Shown piece by piece: positions 35,781 through 50,439 of a DNA stretch of 64,000 nt. The stretch is from the human T2T-CHM13v2.0 reference genome, Homo sapiens. Within the stretch, counting starts at the first letter, position 1; every line of letters begins with the position of its first letter. Both the position numbers and the translations under genes were made by a program. The DNA lies in the NCBI RefSeq assembly GCF_009914755.1, contig NC_060936.1. One strand, 5' to 3'. The notes beneath the pieces are model-generated. The model had not been told where the DNA came from. It made no database searches and worked only from the letters and a program-made list of their open reading frames with translations.

Positions 35781-36609
35781 AGACAGTTAAATCTATCATA
35801 TCAACTGACTAGCAGGATGCTTAACAGAAAATTTCTAGAAACATTCCCCAAAAGGGTAAGAACAGAATCAATATTCCACTATTTTCACTGTTATTTAACT
35901 TTATTCTGGAGGAAGTAGCCAATGCCATTGTAAAAGAGTGAAATATGAGAGCAAACATGAAACGTTAGTAGACAAATTAAAAGATAAGGTTGAAAAAGTC
36001 TTCCAAAGTGCAGCAATAAAGCAAAGAAATGAAAAATAAGAAAGAAAAACAGCCAAATTAGAAGATACATCAAAGCAATCCTACACCCAAATTATAAGAG
36101 TTCCAGAAAAGAGAACAGAAAAGAAATGTAGGTGCAGACATTATCGAAGAAATAATTCTAGAAAAACTTATCTAGAATTGAAAGGCATGGGTTTCCATAT
36201 TGAAAAGTCTTGTTGAGTGACTAGCACATAGACAAAAATAAATTTACACCAAGTTATATTATTGTATTTCAGAGCTCCTGAGAATTAGAGAATATCCTTA
36301 GTTTCTAGAAAGTAAAAACACAGATTACTACAAACCAAGGCTCATTAAAAAGACTAACATCAGACTTCTCAAGAGCAACACTGAAATTTAGGAAAACATT
36401 GAAAAATGCCTTCATAATTTTGAAGAACAACAATTCTCAACCAAGAATTCTATATCTATCCAGACTATCAACTAAGTGAAGATAATAATTAAGATATTTC
36501 TCACATGAAAGATCTCAAAACCTTTACCTCCCCTGGGTTCTTTCTCAGGAAATACTAGGAGGTGCTCTAAAAAGGGAAAGTAAACTAAGGAAAGCATACC
36601 ATGGAAATA

Positions 36610-37062
36610 CTGTTACTTTTCTCTCAATACCTTTCTTTCTTTCATTGTAATGATAGACTTCACTATGTCTAAACAGAGCATCTGGCCATGCTAATAAAGA
36701 TGACACTTCCCAGGCTTCCTTGCAGCTAGAGGCAGCATGTAACTAGGTTCTTTGTCAATGAGATATGATCATGGAAATGAAGTGAGCTATGTTCTAAGTA
36801 TTGAGCTTAAAGGGATATGCCCTCCATGTCCTCTCTTTCTCTCCCCCTACTAAGCTAAAGTAAAAACAAGTCAGTGAGACATTTTGAATTATACGTGTCA
36901 GAGCAACAGCCTTGAGAAGGAACAGTAAAATAGACCACCTACCAGTCCTGAGCTGCTTATGCCCAGACCACTACGTAAGACAGAAATAAACTTCTATCTT
37001 ATCTATTTGACTGTTATTTTAGTTATCAATTATAGAAGTCAAACTGTATTCTAACAAATACT
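36610..37062 (+). mobile_element. Old MaLR LTR (MLT1J-like)
   Basis: acttcccaggcttccttgcagctaga, agaaataaacttctatctt, ends ctaacaaatac. Confidence 0.65.
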
Positions 37063-38276
37063 CACTGGATCAAGGAAATAGAGAATCCAACAAAAGAGAA
37101 AGTCAAAGGAAATTCCCAGGATGTTTCTGCAGGCATATACTAGGATTATACCTGTGCACCAAGCCTAGAAAGTAACCAGTAAATTGTGGAGCCAGTTAGA
37201 AGGCTCCAAGAGAGCAATGTCTTCAAGAAGATGAAACTGATGAAATACTTGATATATCTGAACAGGCTGAGAAGCACAGGGGTAAATTAGCTATAGGTAC
37301 ATAGAAAACTAAACAAAGAAAAAAACTGAAAGGCAATTAATAACTATTGAAAAAAACAAAACAAAAATTATGTATAAAAGTAAACTAGGTCATAATGTGT
37401 TATATGGTTAAACTATGAATGCATAATATATAATGATGTTAATCTTGAATATTGATCTAAGGAAAATTGTAATTGTATTGGAAGGGTAGTGAAGCCAAAA
37501 GTGTATTTGTGTGATGTGGTAGAGTTGGAGTAAAAAGAAAGCTAATTTCTCACTTTCCATTATAAGAATTTAATAAGTAATTCCTAAGTAGAAATTCAAG
37601 ATGGAAGTATAAACTATTATTTAAATATGTGAAAGTAAATACCAAAAGAAATGGCTTTACCAAAAGAATCAAAAGTTGTTGCTTCTAGAGACTAGGAGAT
37701 GAGATAAGAAGTGGACCAGGGGAGTTCTCCTTCTTATAATAAATCTTGTAGTTAATTGCTTCTTTAAATTGTTGGTACCTGTATCTTTGACTTTTAGAAA
37801 GAAAAGCCTTCAAATTATATTTGTGGATGAAGTAAACCTGACAACCTTTAAATAAAAATAAGCAAACGATTTTCACTTATGAATACCCAAAGAAAGTGTT
37901 GATCCCAGAATTTGTAAGGGTAATTCAATATTTTTAAATCTTTGATATAATTCTTCATTTTAATAGATTAAAAGATAAAATTCTACATAGATGCTGAAAA
38001 ATAAAATTAAACATCTTTTCTTCTGTAAAACGCTTAAGAAAATAAGAATAAATGAGTATTTTCTTTACATGAGAGCATACATCTATCACACCTAAAAGTC
38101 AAGTATCCTCCTAAGTACAAAAATATGAAAAGGAATCCTATTAATCTCAGAACAGGACAAGGATGTTCACTATCCAGGAACCAGAAAATGTAATTAAAGA
38201 AGAAACAGAAATCAGACATAAAATTAGAAAGACAGAGATCAGTTATCATTACCTGTAAATGACATTATTGTATATA

Positions 38277-38487
38277 TCAAGGGTTGGCAGACATTTACTT
38301 TAAATGTCCAAATAGTAAAGATTGTAGACTTGGTGGGCTGCCCATGGTTGCTGTCACATATTTTTCTTCTTCTTCTTCTTTTTTTTAACCATCGTTTTAA
38401 AATGTAAAAACTAGTCTTAGTTCTTGGATGTGTAGAAACATGCCATCACTGGATTTGACCCATAGGCTATAGTTTACAGTTCCCTGG
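38277..38487. mobile_element. MER58-family hAT MITE
   Basis: Termini cagggttggca-like ... ggctatagtttacagttccctg. Confidence 0.75.
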
Positions 38488-39628
38488 TATATCCGGAAAA
38501 AAAATCAAATAAAAACATTACAAAACTCAAACAGAATTCAATAAATTCCATTTATACATGTGGAAATCAAACAGCACTCACATCTACAAAAATAGCTGGT
38601 TAGAAGATATAAAGAAAGAAAAGATCCCACTTAAAATGGCAACAAAAAATAAAATTCCTAAGAATAAACTTAAGAAATATGCAGGACCTATAATTTAAAA
38701 TGTTAATGGTACGGAAGGACACAAAAGAAGGCTTAACAATGCAAAGAAACATCATGTTCTTAGATTCTCCACATCATAAAGCTGTCAAAGATAGTTAATC
38801 TATAAATTTAATGTGAGCCCAATAAAAATACCAAAAGGGTATTTTTTGGGAACCAAACTAGCTGGTTCTAAATTTCATGTGGAAAAATTACCAAGAATAG
38901 TCAGGAAAATTTTGGAAAAATTAAAGGAACAAGGAAAGTTAAAACTACCATGTATCAAAACCTATTATATGTCCTCAATAAGAAAAACAATGTGAGTAGA
39001 AAGACCACTAAAATCAAATAGAAAATTCACAAATAGATTTAAGTATATGTGAGAATTTTGCACATTCAATAAATAATGTTGGTTCAACTGGATATCCATA
39101 TGAAGAAACAATAAAGGTGATCCCTACTTTACAACTAGTGCTGAAGTAGATTGTGATAGACAAAAGATTTAAATGAAATCATAAAATTACGAGAAAACAT
39201 GAGAAGAGTTTATAACTCATGTGAGAGAAAGTATGGCACAAAACTCCAACACATTAAAAAAAGACTAATGAATTTCAAACTATTAAAACCTTTTACAACT
39301 TATGGAAAGCAAAAATATAAAATAATAATAATCCCTCAATAAGACTTCATTGATAAAGAACTGGGAAAAATATTTATAATTCATATGACAGGAAAATGCT
39401 ACATTCATTAACATATAGAGAACTAAAAATAAATAAGAGAAAAGCCACAATCCAATAGAAAAATGAACAAAGAACAGGAATAGTTCACAAAAAAGAAACC
39501 CAAATAACTCCTGAACATTTGAAAAGATGTCAGCCTCATTAAAACAAAAGCAAATTAAAGCTACAATGAAACGTCATTTCTTTCACCTATAAAGTTGGTA
39601 AGGATTTCCTTTAAAGTTCGATAACCTA

Positions 39629-39947
<319 letters not shown>

Positions 39948-40134
39948 GTGTGAAAGCATTCACATACTGTTGATGGGAGTATAAATTGATGCATCTTCTA
40001 TGCAGGGACATTTGCCAAACTATCAAAATTACAAATTCACATATCCTTTGAGTCAACAGTTTCATTTCTAGGCATCTATCCTGCAAATATGCTTGCACAT
40101 ATGAAAAATTACTATTTACAGAAACATTAATTAA

Positions 40135-40425
40135 TGTTTTATTTTGAGACAGGGTCTCACTTTGTCACCCAGGCTGGAGTGCAGTGGTGTGACCTTGGCT
40201 CACTGCAGCCTCAACCTCCTAGGCTCAAGCCATCCTCCCACCTCAGCCCCCAAGTAGCTGGTACTGCAGGCACCCACAACCACATCCAGCTAAGTTTTGT
40301 ATTTTTTGTAGAGATGGGGTTTTGCCATGTTTCCCACGCTGTTCTCATACTTCTGAGCTCAAACGATCTGCCTGCCTCAGCTTCCCAAAGTGCTGGGCTT
40401 ACAGGTGTGAGCTGCCATGCTCCAC
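40135..40425 (-). mobile_element. AluJ
   Basis: Diverged full dimer in antisense. Confidence 0.92.
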
Positions 40426-40967
40426 TTAATTAAATTTTGATATAGCCATACAATGGAATAGTATGCTTGGTCTATTAAAAACTGTATAGCAGCTTTTTGT
40501 CCTGATTCAGAAAAATTGCTAAGATAAATAAAAAAGACAAGGTACAGAACAATGTATATAATATGCTACCACTTGTATAAAATATATTGTGTATAAATGC
40601 ATGGGGGGGTGTGTGTGTGTATTAAGCAGCTGGTAACTGTGGTTGCCTCTGAAGAAAGTAGCCAGGTAGATGGGGAAGAGGGATGGAAGGGGGACTTTCT
40701 TTTCACGAAATATCTAATTTTTGTACGATAGACATGTAGAACCTATTTTTTAAAGTAATAGAAAATATCAAAACAGTGAGGAAGAAAAACACATAATCTC
40801 GCCACCAAAGATAACATTTTGGTGTGATTATTTTCCAGTAATTATTATTTATTTTTAATTATTTTTATTATTTTATTATTATTATTTTATGTTCGCTTTG
40901 CAGGAGTTGTAAAAAGCTTTTTTTCTATGCATGTAATTTTTTAGCAGGTGTGTTAAGATCATACCAT

Positions 40968-41285
40968 GGGCTGGGTGCTATGGTTCATGCCTGTAATCCC
41001 AGCACTTTGGGAGGACAGGGTGGGTGGATTGCTTGAGTCCAGGAGTTTGAGAGCAGCCTGGGCAAGGTGGCAAAACCCTGTCCCTACTAAAAATACAAAA
41101 ATTACCCAGGTGTGGTGGTGTGCGCCTGTAGTCCCAGCTACCGTGGGGCAGGGGTTGGGGGTGGGTGGGGATGCTGAGGTAGGAGGATCACCTAAGCCTT
41201 GGGTGGTCGAGGCTGCAGTGAGCTGTGATCGTGTGACTGTACTCCAGCCTGGGTGACAGAGTGAGACCCTGTCAAAAAAAAAAAA
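40968..41285 (+). mobile_element. AluJb with internal G-rich insertion
   Basis: TSD aagatca(t/a)accatg; G-tract at 41145-41170. Confidence 0.92.
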
Positions 41286-42084
41286 GATCAAACCATGTAT
41301 GCATGTGTGGTTTTGTATGTTCATCATTTCCTTTAATATTATATCATGAACAACTGGAATTATGTTGATACTTGTATTTCATTTTACATTATGTAGGCAG
41401 CACCTTCTTGGGAAGAAATGCTTTCATAGGCAACACAAGCCATTACAAGTTTCTGACTCAAGCTCATGGAAGAAAGGAGCTGGAGACTCTCAGGAGCCCT
41501 TCTTGTGAAGTGTAGTACCTGATAGGAAGAGAGAAATAGAGGTGACTAGATATTCTGCAGTAGAAGTTGCCAAGTGGTGGAGTAGAAGGAAGACATTAAC
41601 AATCACCCTGAGGTTGGGTGTAGGAAGCTCCCAAGACCCTGAGGGCAGGGGTTGGGGGAGGGGAGGGGACAGGCAAGGGGCCTTAGGAGGCCTCAGGGGG
41701 CTTCAACCAGAGCCAAGGCTACTGAGCACACACCCCAAGTTTTCTACTTATAACCCAAGGAATACATTTAACAGACTCTTTGAGCACCTGCCATGACACT
41801 GCTGGACGAGGCACTAGGAATCAACAATGAATAAGATACAGGCTCTTCTTCCAATGGGCTCTGCTGGTAGAACTCACTAGTTGCAGTTAAAAAGGCGTGT
41901 GGTGAGGGCTCCACGAAAGAGTGCACAGGGTGCAAGGTGGAGCTGCAAGGCCTGGGTGCCTGAGCATCCAAGAGGCTGGAGCCTCCTGAGACCTGGAGAC
42001 TAAGCTTGTCTCTGCAGTGTTCTGTACCGTGTGCTGTGGAAATGGCAATGGGGTGGGGTGATGGCTTCCATTTCTGGATATTTG

Positions 42085-42470
42085 ATCTACACCTTGGGAT
42101 TTCCTGAAAGCAGAGTTTGAGACAAACATTTGTTTGAAAACATGATTCTAGGGAGCAGAGAAGAAGGGAACATTTATACAAGAATGCTTTATTTAGTCGG
42201 CCACTAGTAAGGGCAAAGGGTGCTAGATCCCGTGGGATTCCTCTGAGGAGCTTATGAAATGCATGTTGACCCACGGTCCTGAGAACACAGGATGAAGAAC
42301 CCAAGATGAAGCTAAGGGATACAATCTCTTGTATCCCTTAGCTCAAGGGTGGCCCCGCCAGTTGTGCTTGTGTGAATAGATTCCCCAGGAAGCCCAGGCC
42401 CCAGAATGGGAAACAGAGGCACAGGTCAGCTGCCTGAGGTGCTGTAATGGGAACCTGAACAAGGATGCGC
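42085..42470 (-). mobile_element. ERVL LTR16-like remnant
   Basis: ttgggatttcctgaaagcagagtttgagacaaacatttg resembles the LTR16 terminus. Confidence 0.55.
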
Positions 42471-43024
42471 GAAGCCTGTGCGGATGGTCGCCATACAGAG
42501 GCTGGATGAAGAGGGAGGGCCGGGGGGATTGGAAATGGCACACGAGTGTTCCGCCGACTGTAGAAAGGCAGCAGGGGCAAAGGCCCTGAGATGGGAAGGG
42601 CATCTCAACACTGGGTTTGCCCAAGCATTGTTGGAGAGTCGTGGTGCCTCTAGAGGCTGGGGTAGACTTGAGCTGGGAACACACGGCAATGAGTCCTGAA
42701 TCCAGGTTAGACTGTAGTAGAAATTATGTATGTCCTTGTGGTGGAAATGAGAATAAAATAGTCCCCACCTCAGGGCTGCCATGTAAGTTGTCTGGCATAA
42801 CAGAGTTCGTGTTGGTTTCCTCTCTTGATACACCGTGTGGAGGATTTCACCACCCCTAACAGACATATAGACGGGAAATGTCAGGGAGAGACAAAAAAAT
42901 TCAATTTATTTGGCTTTTCTCCAAGTCTAATTCTTTCTAGGGTGCAAATGGTGCTCTTTTAAACTCTGCAACCCATATTTAACTCAGGGCTTGGACTATA
43001 GTAAATGTTTAAAGGGGAACTAAC

Positions 43025-43270
43025 ATTTTACTCGGTGTCTCGTATGTACCAAGGACTGTGCTGAGTACTGTCTGCATGTTATTTCATTCAATAGTCCTGA
43101 TGATTCTGTGACATATGGGCAGGGTTCTTTTCTCCATCCATATAGGTAAGGAAAGCAGGATTCAGACACATTAAATAGTGTATCCGGGATCACACAACTA
43201 GTATGACAGACACAGAATTTAAACCCAGATGTCTCTGATTCCAAAGCCCACATATGCTCTTTCCCCTCCC
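43025..43270 (-). mobile_element. MIR
   Basis: ttatttcattcaatagtcc...gatcacacaactagt...gaatttaaacccagatgtctctgattccaaagccca. Confidence 0.75.
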
Positions 43271-43282
43271 CATGTTGCTTGC

Positions 43283-43751
43283 TACATTAGTTTCCGAGGG
43301 CTGATGCAACACATTGCCACAAACTGGGTAGCTTAAGAAAACAGAAATTTATTATTTCACTGTTCTGGAGGCAAGAAGAGCAAAATCCAGGTGTCCTCAG
43401 GGCTGTGCTCTCTTTGAAACATGTAGGGGTGAGTCCTTCATTGCCTCTTCCTAGCTCTGGGGGTGGCCAGTAATCTTTGGCATTTGTTGCCTTGCAATTG
43501 CAGAAACTTCACTCTGTCTCCATCATCACATGGCGTTCTCCCCCTTGTTTATCAATGCCTCTGTGTCTCTTTTCCTCTTCTTGCAAGGATACCAGTCATA
43601 TAGGATTAAGGGCCCATCCTACTGCAGTATGGCCTTATCTTAAGTAATCACATTTGCAACAACCCTCATTTCCAAATAAGGTAACATTATGAGGTACCGG
43701 GGGTTAGGACTTCAACATAACTTTTTGGGAGACGCAATTCAACCTGTAACA
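43283..43751 (-). mobile_element. MLT1C-like MaLR solo LTR
   Basis: aaactgggtagcttaagaaaacagaaattt, tttccaaataagg, gttaggacttcaacat; 5-bp TSD cttgc. Confidence 0.88.
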
Positions 43752-44647
43752 CTTGCTTCATATACATTTGATGAATGGATTAATAGGTGAATGAATAAAT
43801 GAATAGGAATAGAGGAGCTTGGTGAGAAATAGGAAGTGAGGTTAATAATTCCCCTCTCTGGCATAGAGCTCTAATGTACATGCTTTTCATATCAATCATT
43901 TTCACTCATTCTCAGTGGGAATTGCTGAAAAGTGAATTCTTTCCACATTTATCTGGTGGAATAAGTTAACCTTCTCCACGCTCTCTAGTTACACATTTTT
44001 AACCATACCCAAGATCATGTATCTCCATTCACCTCAACTTTACTGCAACCATGTGAAGTATGAAACAGTGTTATCCCCATTTCATGGATGGGAAAACTGA
44101 GCTATAGAAGACTCTGTGCAAGCCGTGTTAATAAGTGACAAAACCCAGACTGCAGCCTGGAACTTTGGCCCCCACAGGCATTTTTCTTCTCGTAAAAAAA
44201 TTATTCATTTTTTCATTGCACTTACAATATATAAACATGTGTTCACCATTAAAAAAGTTTTTAATAATACAGAATTAAATAAAGCAAAATGTTACAGAGC
44301 CTTTTTGCCCCCTCCAACCCACTCCCAGAACTAATTCCCAGCCGAGAGGTCATCATACTTGCATCCTTCTCCTTCCTGGATTGTTTTTCTCTACATTTAC
44401 TGTCAAATATGTATATGGACACCTATTTTTAGGGCTTGTTTTTTATTTACCTAAAGGGGATCACACTCCTTGTGCTGTTCTGGTACTGACATTTTCCACT
44501 TAACAACACCCTGGAGATTTTTTTCATGTGTCAGCAAAGCTGATCTTCACTCTGTGTGCACCAGTACGTCAGCGGGGCCAGGTTCTGCTCTGCTGCTCAG
44601 GTGTCTGTTCTGACTGGTCATGCTGAAGCAGGAGCTGCAGGCTTTGG

Positions 44648-44936
44648 GTTGTTTTTGTTTTTGACACAGGGTCTTACTGTGTCACCCAGGTTAGAGTGCA
44701 GTGGCACAATCATGGCTTACTGCAGCCTTGACCTCCTGTGCTCAGATGATACTCCCACCTCAGCCTCCTGAGTAGCTGCAACTACAGGCATGCACCACCA
44801 TACCTGGCTAATTTTTTATAGAGATGGAGTCTTGCTTCGTTGCCCAGGCTGGTCTTGAACCCCTGGGTTCAAGCGATCCTCCTTGCCTTGGCCTCCCAAG
44901 TACTGGAATTAAAGGTGTGAGCCACCGCACCTGGTT
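44648..44936 (-). mobile_element. AluJ
   Basis: Diverged dimer in antisense. Confidence 0.92.
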
Positions 44937-45295
44937 GGTTGCAGACTTTGAATATCACCCTGCATGCCAATACCTACAGGCGTGTCTCACTTCATTTATA
45001 TCGCTGTGTCGTGTTCTTGAGCATGGAGCTATCATTTTTATGTAATCATCTACTATTAGTGCAGATTCAGGTTTTTCTGGTTTTTCAGTATTTTTTAGTA
45101 AGGTAGCCCTCAACATGCTATACCTGCCTCTCTGTGAATCTGTGTGAGAATGCAAAATACTCTCTCTGTCACTGCTTATACAATAGAGACACCTGTGAGC
45201 TCTTCTTGCCCTACAGTAGGACCCTTGAAGAAGGCCCAGGTGTCTGGGCCTCAACACCTCCAAGAATCCAAGTCACTGCAGGAACATTAGCTAGG

Positions 45296-45785
45296 ACAGT
45301 GGCTTACCACACTAGCTGCCATTAGGGTCATCTGGGAAGATTCTGAAGAAGCATCTATGCCTGGGTCTCATCTCCAGAAGATCTGATTTAACTCAACCAA
45401 GGTTAGTTCCAGGCATCAGGATGATTTTTTTTTTTTTTTTTTTTTGAAGAGATAGGGTCTCACTCCATCATCCAAGCTGGAATGCAGTGGTGCAATTATA
45501 GCTCACTGCAGCCTCGAACTCCTGGGCTCAAGCGATCCTCCCGCCTCAGCCTTCTTAGTAGCTGGGACTGCAGGTGTGTACCACCACGCTCAGCTAATTT
45601 TTTTAAAATTTTTTTGTAGAGGCAGGGTCTTACTATGTTATCCAGGCTGGTCTTGAACTCCTGGCTTCAAGCAATCTTCCCACCTTGGCCTCCCGAGTAG
45701 CTGGGACTAGAGGTGGGCGGCACTACACCCATGATTTTTTTAAACTGCTATATATACTTCAAATGCACACTTAAGAACCAATGCC
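45296..45785. mobile_element. MER5-family hAT MITE split by AluJ
   Basis: cagtggctt...tctgatttaa...ttaagaaccaatg termini. Confidence 0.6.
45425..45730 (-). mobile_element. AluJ
   Basis: Dimer; TSD atgatttttt. Confidence 0.92.
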
Positions 45786-46091
45786 AAAGGACCTCTAAGA
45801 CTTTTATAAAGGGCCTATCAAAAGATTTGAAACCTGAAGAGGAAAAAGTATTAACAAAAGAGAGACAGGGGAAAGGAAAAATAAAAGAGGACAGAACTAT
45901 TTCTTTCACCCCACAAATGCTGAGACCAGCCCAGGCTCCAGCCCTGTAAGTACCCACAAGTTGGGCTGTGTCTTTCTCCAGGAGCTGCATCCCCACCTGT
46001 GGCTCTCTTGCAAATCCATTCCCCCAAACAAGGCCCCAGCTCTAACCCAGTGGTTTCCAGCCTCTGAGGATAAGGACCCCTAACATCATGG

Positions 46092-46414
46092 TGACTTTCA
46101 GGGCGGTGAAACTCTTCTGAATGAGACTGTAATGGTGGGTACATAACATTATGCATTAGGCAAAGCCTGTAGGACTGTACAACACAAAGAGTGAACTCTA
46201 ATGCAAACTGTGGACCTGTGGACTTTAGTTGATAATAATGCATGGATATTGGTTCATCATTTGTAACAAATGCATCACACCAATGCCAGATGTTAATAAT
46301 AGGGGAAACTGAGGCAAGTGACTGGTAGTATATGGGAACTCTTTGTATTCTGTGCTCAATTTTTCTGCAAGTGTAACATTGCTCTAAAAAATAAAATCTA
46401 TTAATTTAAAAAAA
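46092..46414 (+). mobile_element. L1MC 3' end
   Basis: gatgttaataataggggaaact...tatatgggaactct...aataaaatctattaatttaaaaaa. Confidence 0.85.
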
Positions 46415-47623
46415 GACCTTCTTACACAGATATAAGTCTTTCCTCTCTATCTCCCCTCCCCCTTCCCAGGAGAGAAGCTAACATTTTAAGATCTTTTGAT
46501 TGAGAAATTACAGGATGAGCAAGACCCTGTAAATGCCTAAAAGCTTTTTAAAATAAAAAAGTAAATAAATCAATAGTTTATTCATCCCCACGGCATCAGC
46601 ACCCATCGAAGACAACGTTGCTCCATCTATATTCAAGTCCTCTTTCTTCTTCAAACCACACGCAGTGCCTGCCGTGCTTACAGCTTCTCCAGGTCCTCCA
46701 CGGCCATCTAAGGGTTAAGGACCATGTGCATCCCTACCGCTACCATTCTCCGTCACTTCACATTTCCGGGCCCAAGACTCCTTTTGCAGCAGAGGTTAAT
46801 CTGATTAGAGTTGAGGTGCTAATAACTTAAATGAATGCCATTAAACACCACCTGATAAAATCTGCCTTTAAACCTGAGCTCCCAAAGGGCCAGAGGCTGT
46901 AATGTCAAGCTTCTGGGTAGGGCAGGAGGAGTGAGACTAGTGGGGAGGGTGTCCTTTCCCAGTCCGTGGGTAGCCTCCTGCTGTCTATATAATAAACCCT
47001 TTCATTGGCACAGAATTTTATAGTTTGTAACGCAATTTAGTAAGGACTTTTTGAGTGCAGCTAAGCCCCAGATACAGTGCTCTGTTCTTTATACAAATCA
47101 TCTCATTTGATTTTCATAACAACTCAATAAAGGTATTGCTGTCTCCATTTTGCAGAGGAGGCACTGGAGGTTGGGTGAGCCAAGAAACTTTCCTTATGCA
47201 GTACAAGGGAAATCCAAACCCAGTTTGAATCCCGCTTCAATCCCTTACCTTTCTCATCTACTTCTCCCTAACTATGTATTAGTGGGGGTTACATGTGGTA
47301 GAATTTCTGTCACTCCTGGGTGACAACAATGGACAGGACCCTGGGATGCATGCAGCCTTCCCCCTGGCGGACCCCGCTTTCCTCCCCTCCGCACCTCCCT
47401 GCTAGTCCTCCCTCTCCTCCTGGCCCTGCATAGCTGAAGTTATCAACCCAGCCTGGAGAGCACTCCGTCTTTCCTGACCTGACTGTGCCTTTAAGCCAGC
47501 TTTGATATAAGCAGGTTTGGTCCTCATGGGTCGGTACCTGGAGCCACAGTTGGCCCAGGTGTTGGAGCATCATGCTAAAGACACCAGGACCATGGGTGTC
47601 ATTCACTATTTCCTGTGCACTCA

Positions 47624-48084
<461 letters not shown>

Positions 48085-48717
48085 TTATTCTGGAAAAACC
48101 ACACAAAGAATTCTGGTGTTCCCTCCCCTTTACGAAAAGCACTTTCACAGAGCATATTCCAGTCTGAGGGGTCCCTCTCACCCCTCCCTTTCCACAGATG
48201 TGGCCATTAGGCTTAAGAAGACAGATAAAAGCATGCGCGTGAATGATTTCAAACCCATGTCCTCCTTGTCTGTTCCTCCATTTGACCCGTGTATACTGTG
48301 TGCCCACCTTGTGCCTGGCACTAGTGTGCTCTCTGGAGAGCACAGGAGGGAAACAAGAAGGAGGAGACGACTGCCTTGAAGGAGCCCACCTTCCAGTTGG
48401 GTCATCCAGCCACAAACTGATAAATAAGTAGACATAGTATAATCACAGTGACATTTAGTGCTGGGAAGGAAAGAAAAGCAGTGGTAGGGAAAGGTGAAAA
48501 AGTATCACGTGAGAAAAACAATTTCACATAGAGCCAGGGCCTCACAGGTGCACCAGCAATGTCAGTTCCACCTGAAAAGCACAGCCCTGCTATTGAAAAA
48601 TAAGTTAACTTGTGCATGCAGATCACAGAAGGCATGACAGTGTCACACGCAGCGTGACCAGGTGGCGATCTGGGACTCAGGTGCCTGTGTGGCGCATTGC
48701 TTAAGAATTTGAAATCC

Positions 48718-49225
<508 letters not shown>

Positions 49226-50080
49226 ACAATTTTTAATTTTTGTTACTAAAAGCTGAGATGGTCCAAAAAGTTTTCTTATTTTGTTATTAATAGAAAGCAT
49301 AATGACTTGAATTTGTAATGCTTTCCTTTTTAAAGTAGTTTTACATATGTTATCTTAATCCTCATGGCAGATCTGAGAGTTGGGTATTATTTAGGGACAT
49401 TTTCCTAGAAGCAATATTATTCATTTCTCACATAGGAAAATGGACACTAAGTGACGTTTTGATCATGCTCCCCTTTGCTTTTGACTCATTAGTGTCTTCT
49501 TGTTGCTCCCAAGAAAATGCCCAGAGTCCCTAACATGACTGCCCAGTCCTGCATGGTGGGGGCCCAGCCCTTCCCAGCCCCATCCCACACCACCCTTCCC
49601 CTCCAATCTGCATCCTCCCTGCACTGGGCTTCCAGTGTCTGTTCTGCGCTGTGCTTGCTGTCCCCATGGGGCCTCTACCCAGGCTGACCCCTTGTCCAAA
49701 CCCTGCAGCCCTCTGCCCGAGCACCTGGCTACTTACCCCCACTCCTCCTTGGTACTCGCCACCCTACCCTCACACCTCCATGTAGGTCAGGTTTCCATGT
49801 AAACACTGTATCAATTGGGAGTTACATTTATCTCTAAGCAATTAAGATTCCTTTCCCAATGGTGGCTTAACCAAAATGGGTAGGGGCACCAGGCGGCAGT
49901 GGGGGAGTTCCTTTCTCTCATGAGGCTAGCAGCCCAGAGGTAGGCAGCGGGGGCAGGCCCACCCCGGGCCCTGTGCAGAGGTCTCCTCCTCAGGCTCACC
50001 TTCCTGGGGCCCTGGCCAGCATTGCACTCACTCCCTATTAGAGAGCTTCCCCAGAAGTCCCGCTCCAGAAATTTTACTCT

Positions 50081-50265
50081 TAAAAAAAAAAAATTAGCCA
50101 GGCATGGTAGCACAGGCCTGTAGTCCCAGCTACTAGGGAGGCTGAGGCGGGAGGATTGCTTGAGCCTGGGGAGTCTGAGGCTGCAGTGAGCCGTGATCAT
50201 GTCACTGCACTCCAGCCCGAGTGACAGAGTGAGACCCTGTCTCAAAGAAAAAGAAAAAGAAAAGA
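50081..50265 (+). mobile_element. Alu right arm (FRAM or truncated AluJ)
   Basis: A-linker, right monomer and tail; TSD agaa(a)ttttact. Confidence 0.88.
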
Positions 50266-50439
50266 ATTTTACTATAGCTTATTCACCTCAAATGAGCTAA
50301 ACAGCTGCTCCAGGGGATGCTTAGAAATGTAGCATTCTAGCTGGACCCATTTTTCTCCCTAACCAAATAGGGATCCAATGAGGAAAGAAGAGAGGAGACT
50401 GGATATTGAGGAAGAAACTGGCAGCCTCTGCCACATAGA

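Noticed and set aside
41768-42866. ORFs of 113-178 aa on the minus strand
   Set aside because: They overlap L2/LTR remnants and show no domain or splice context.
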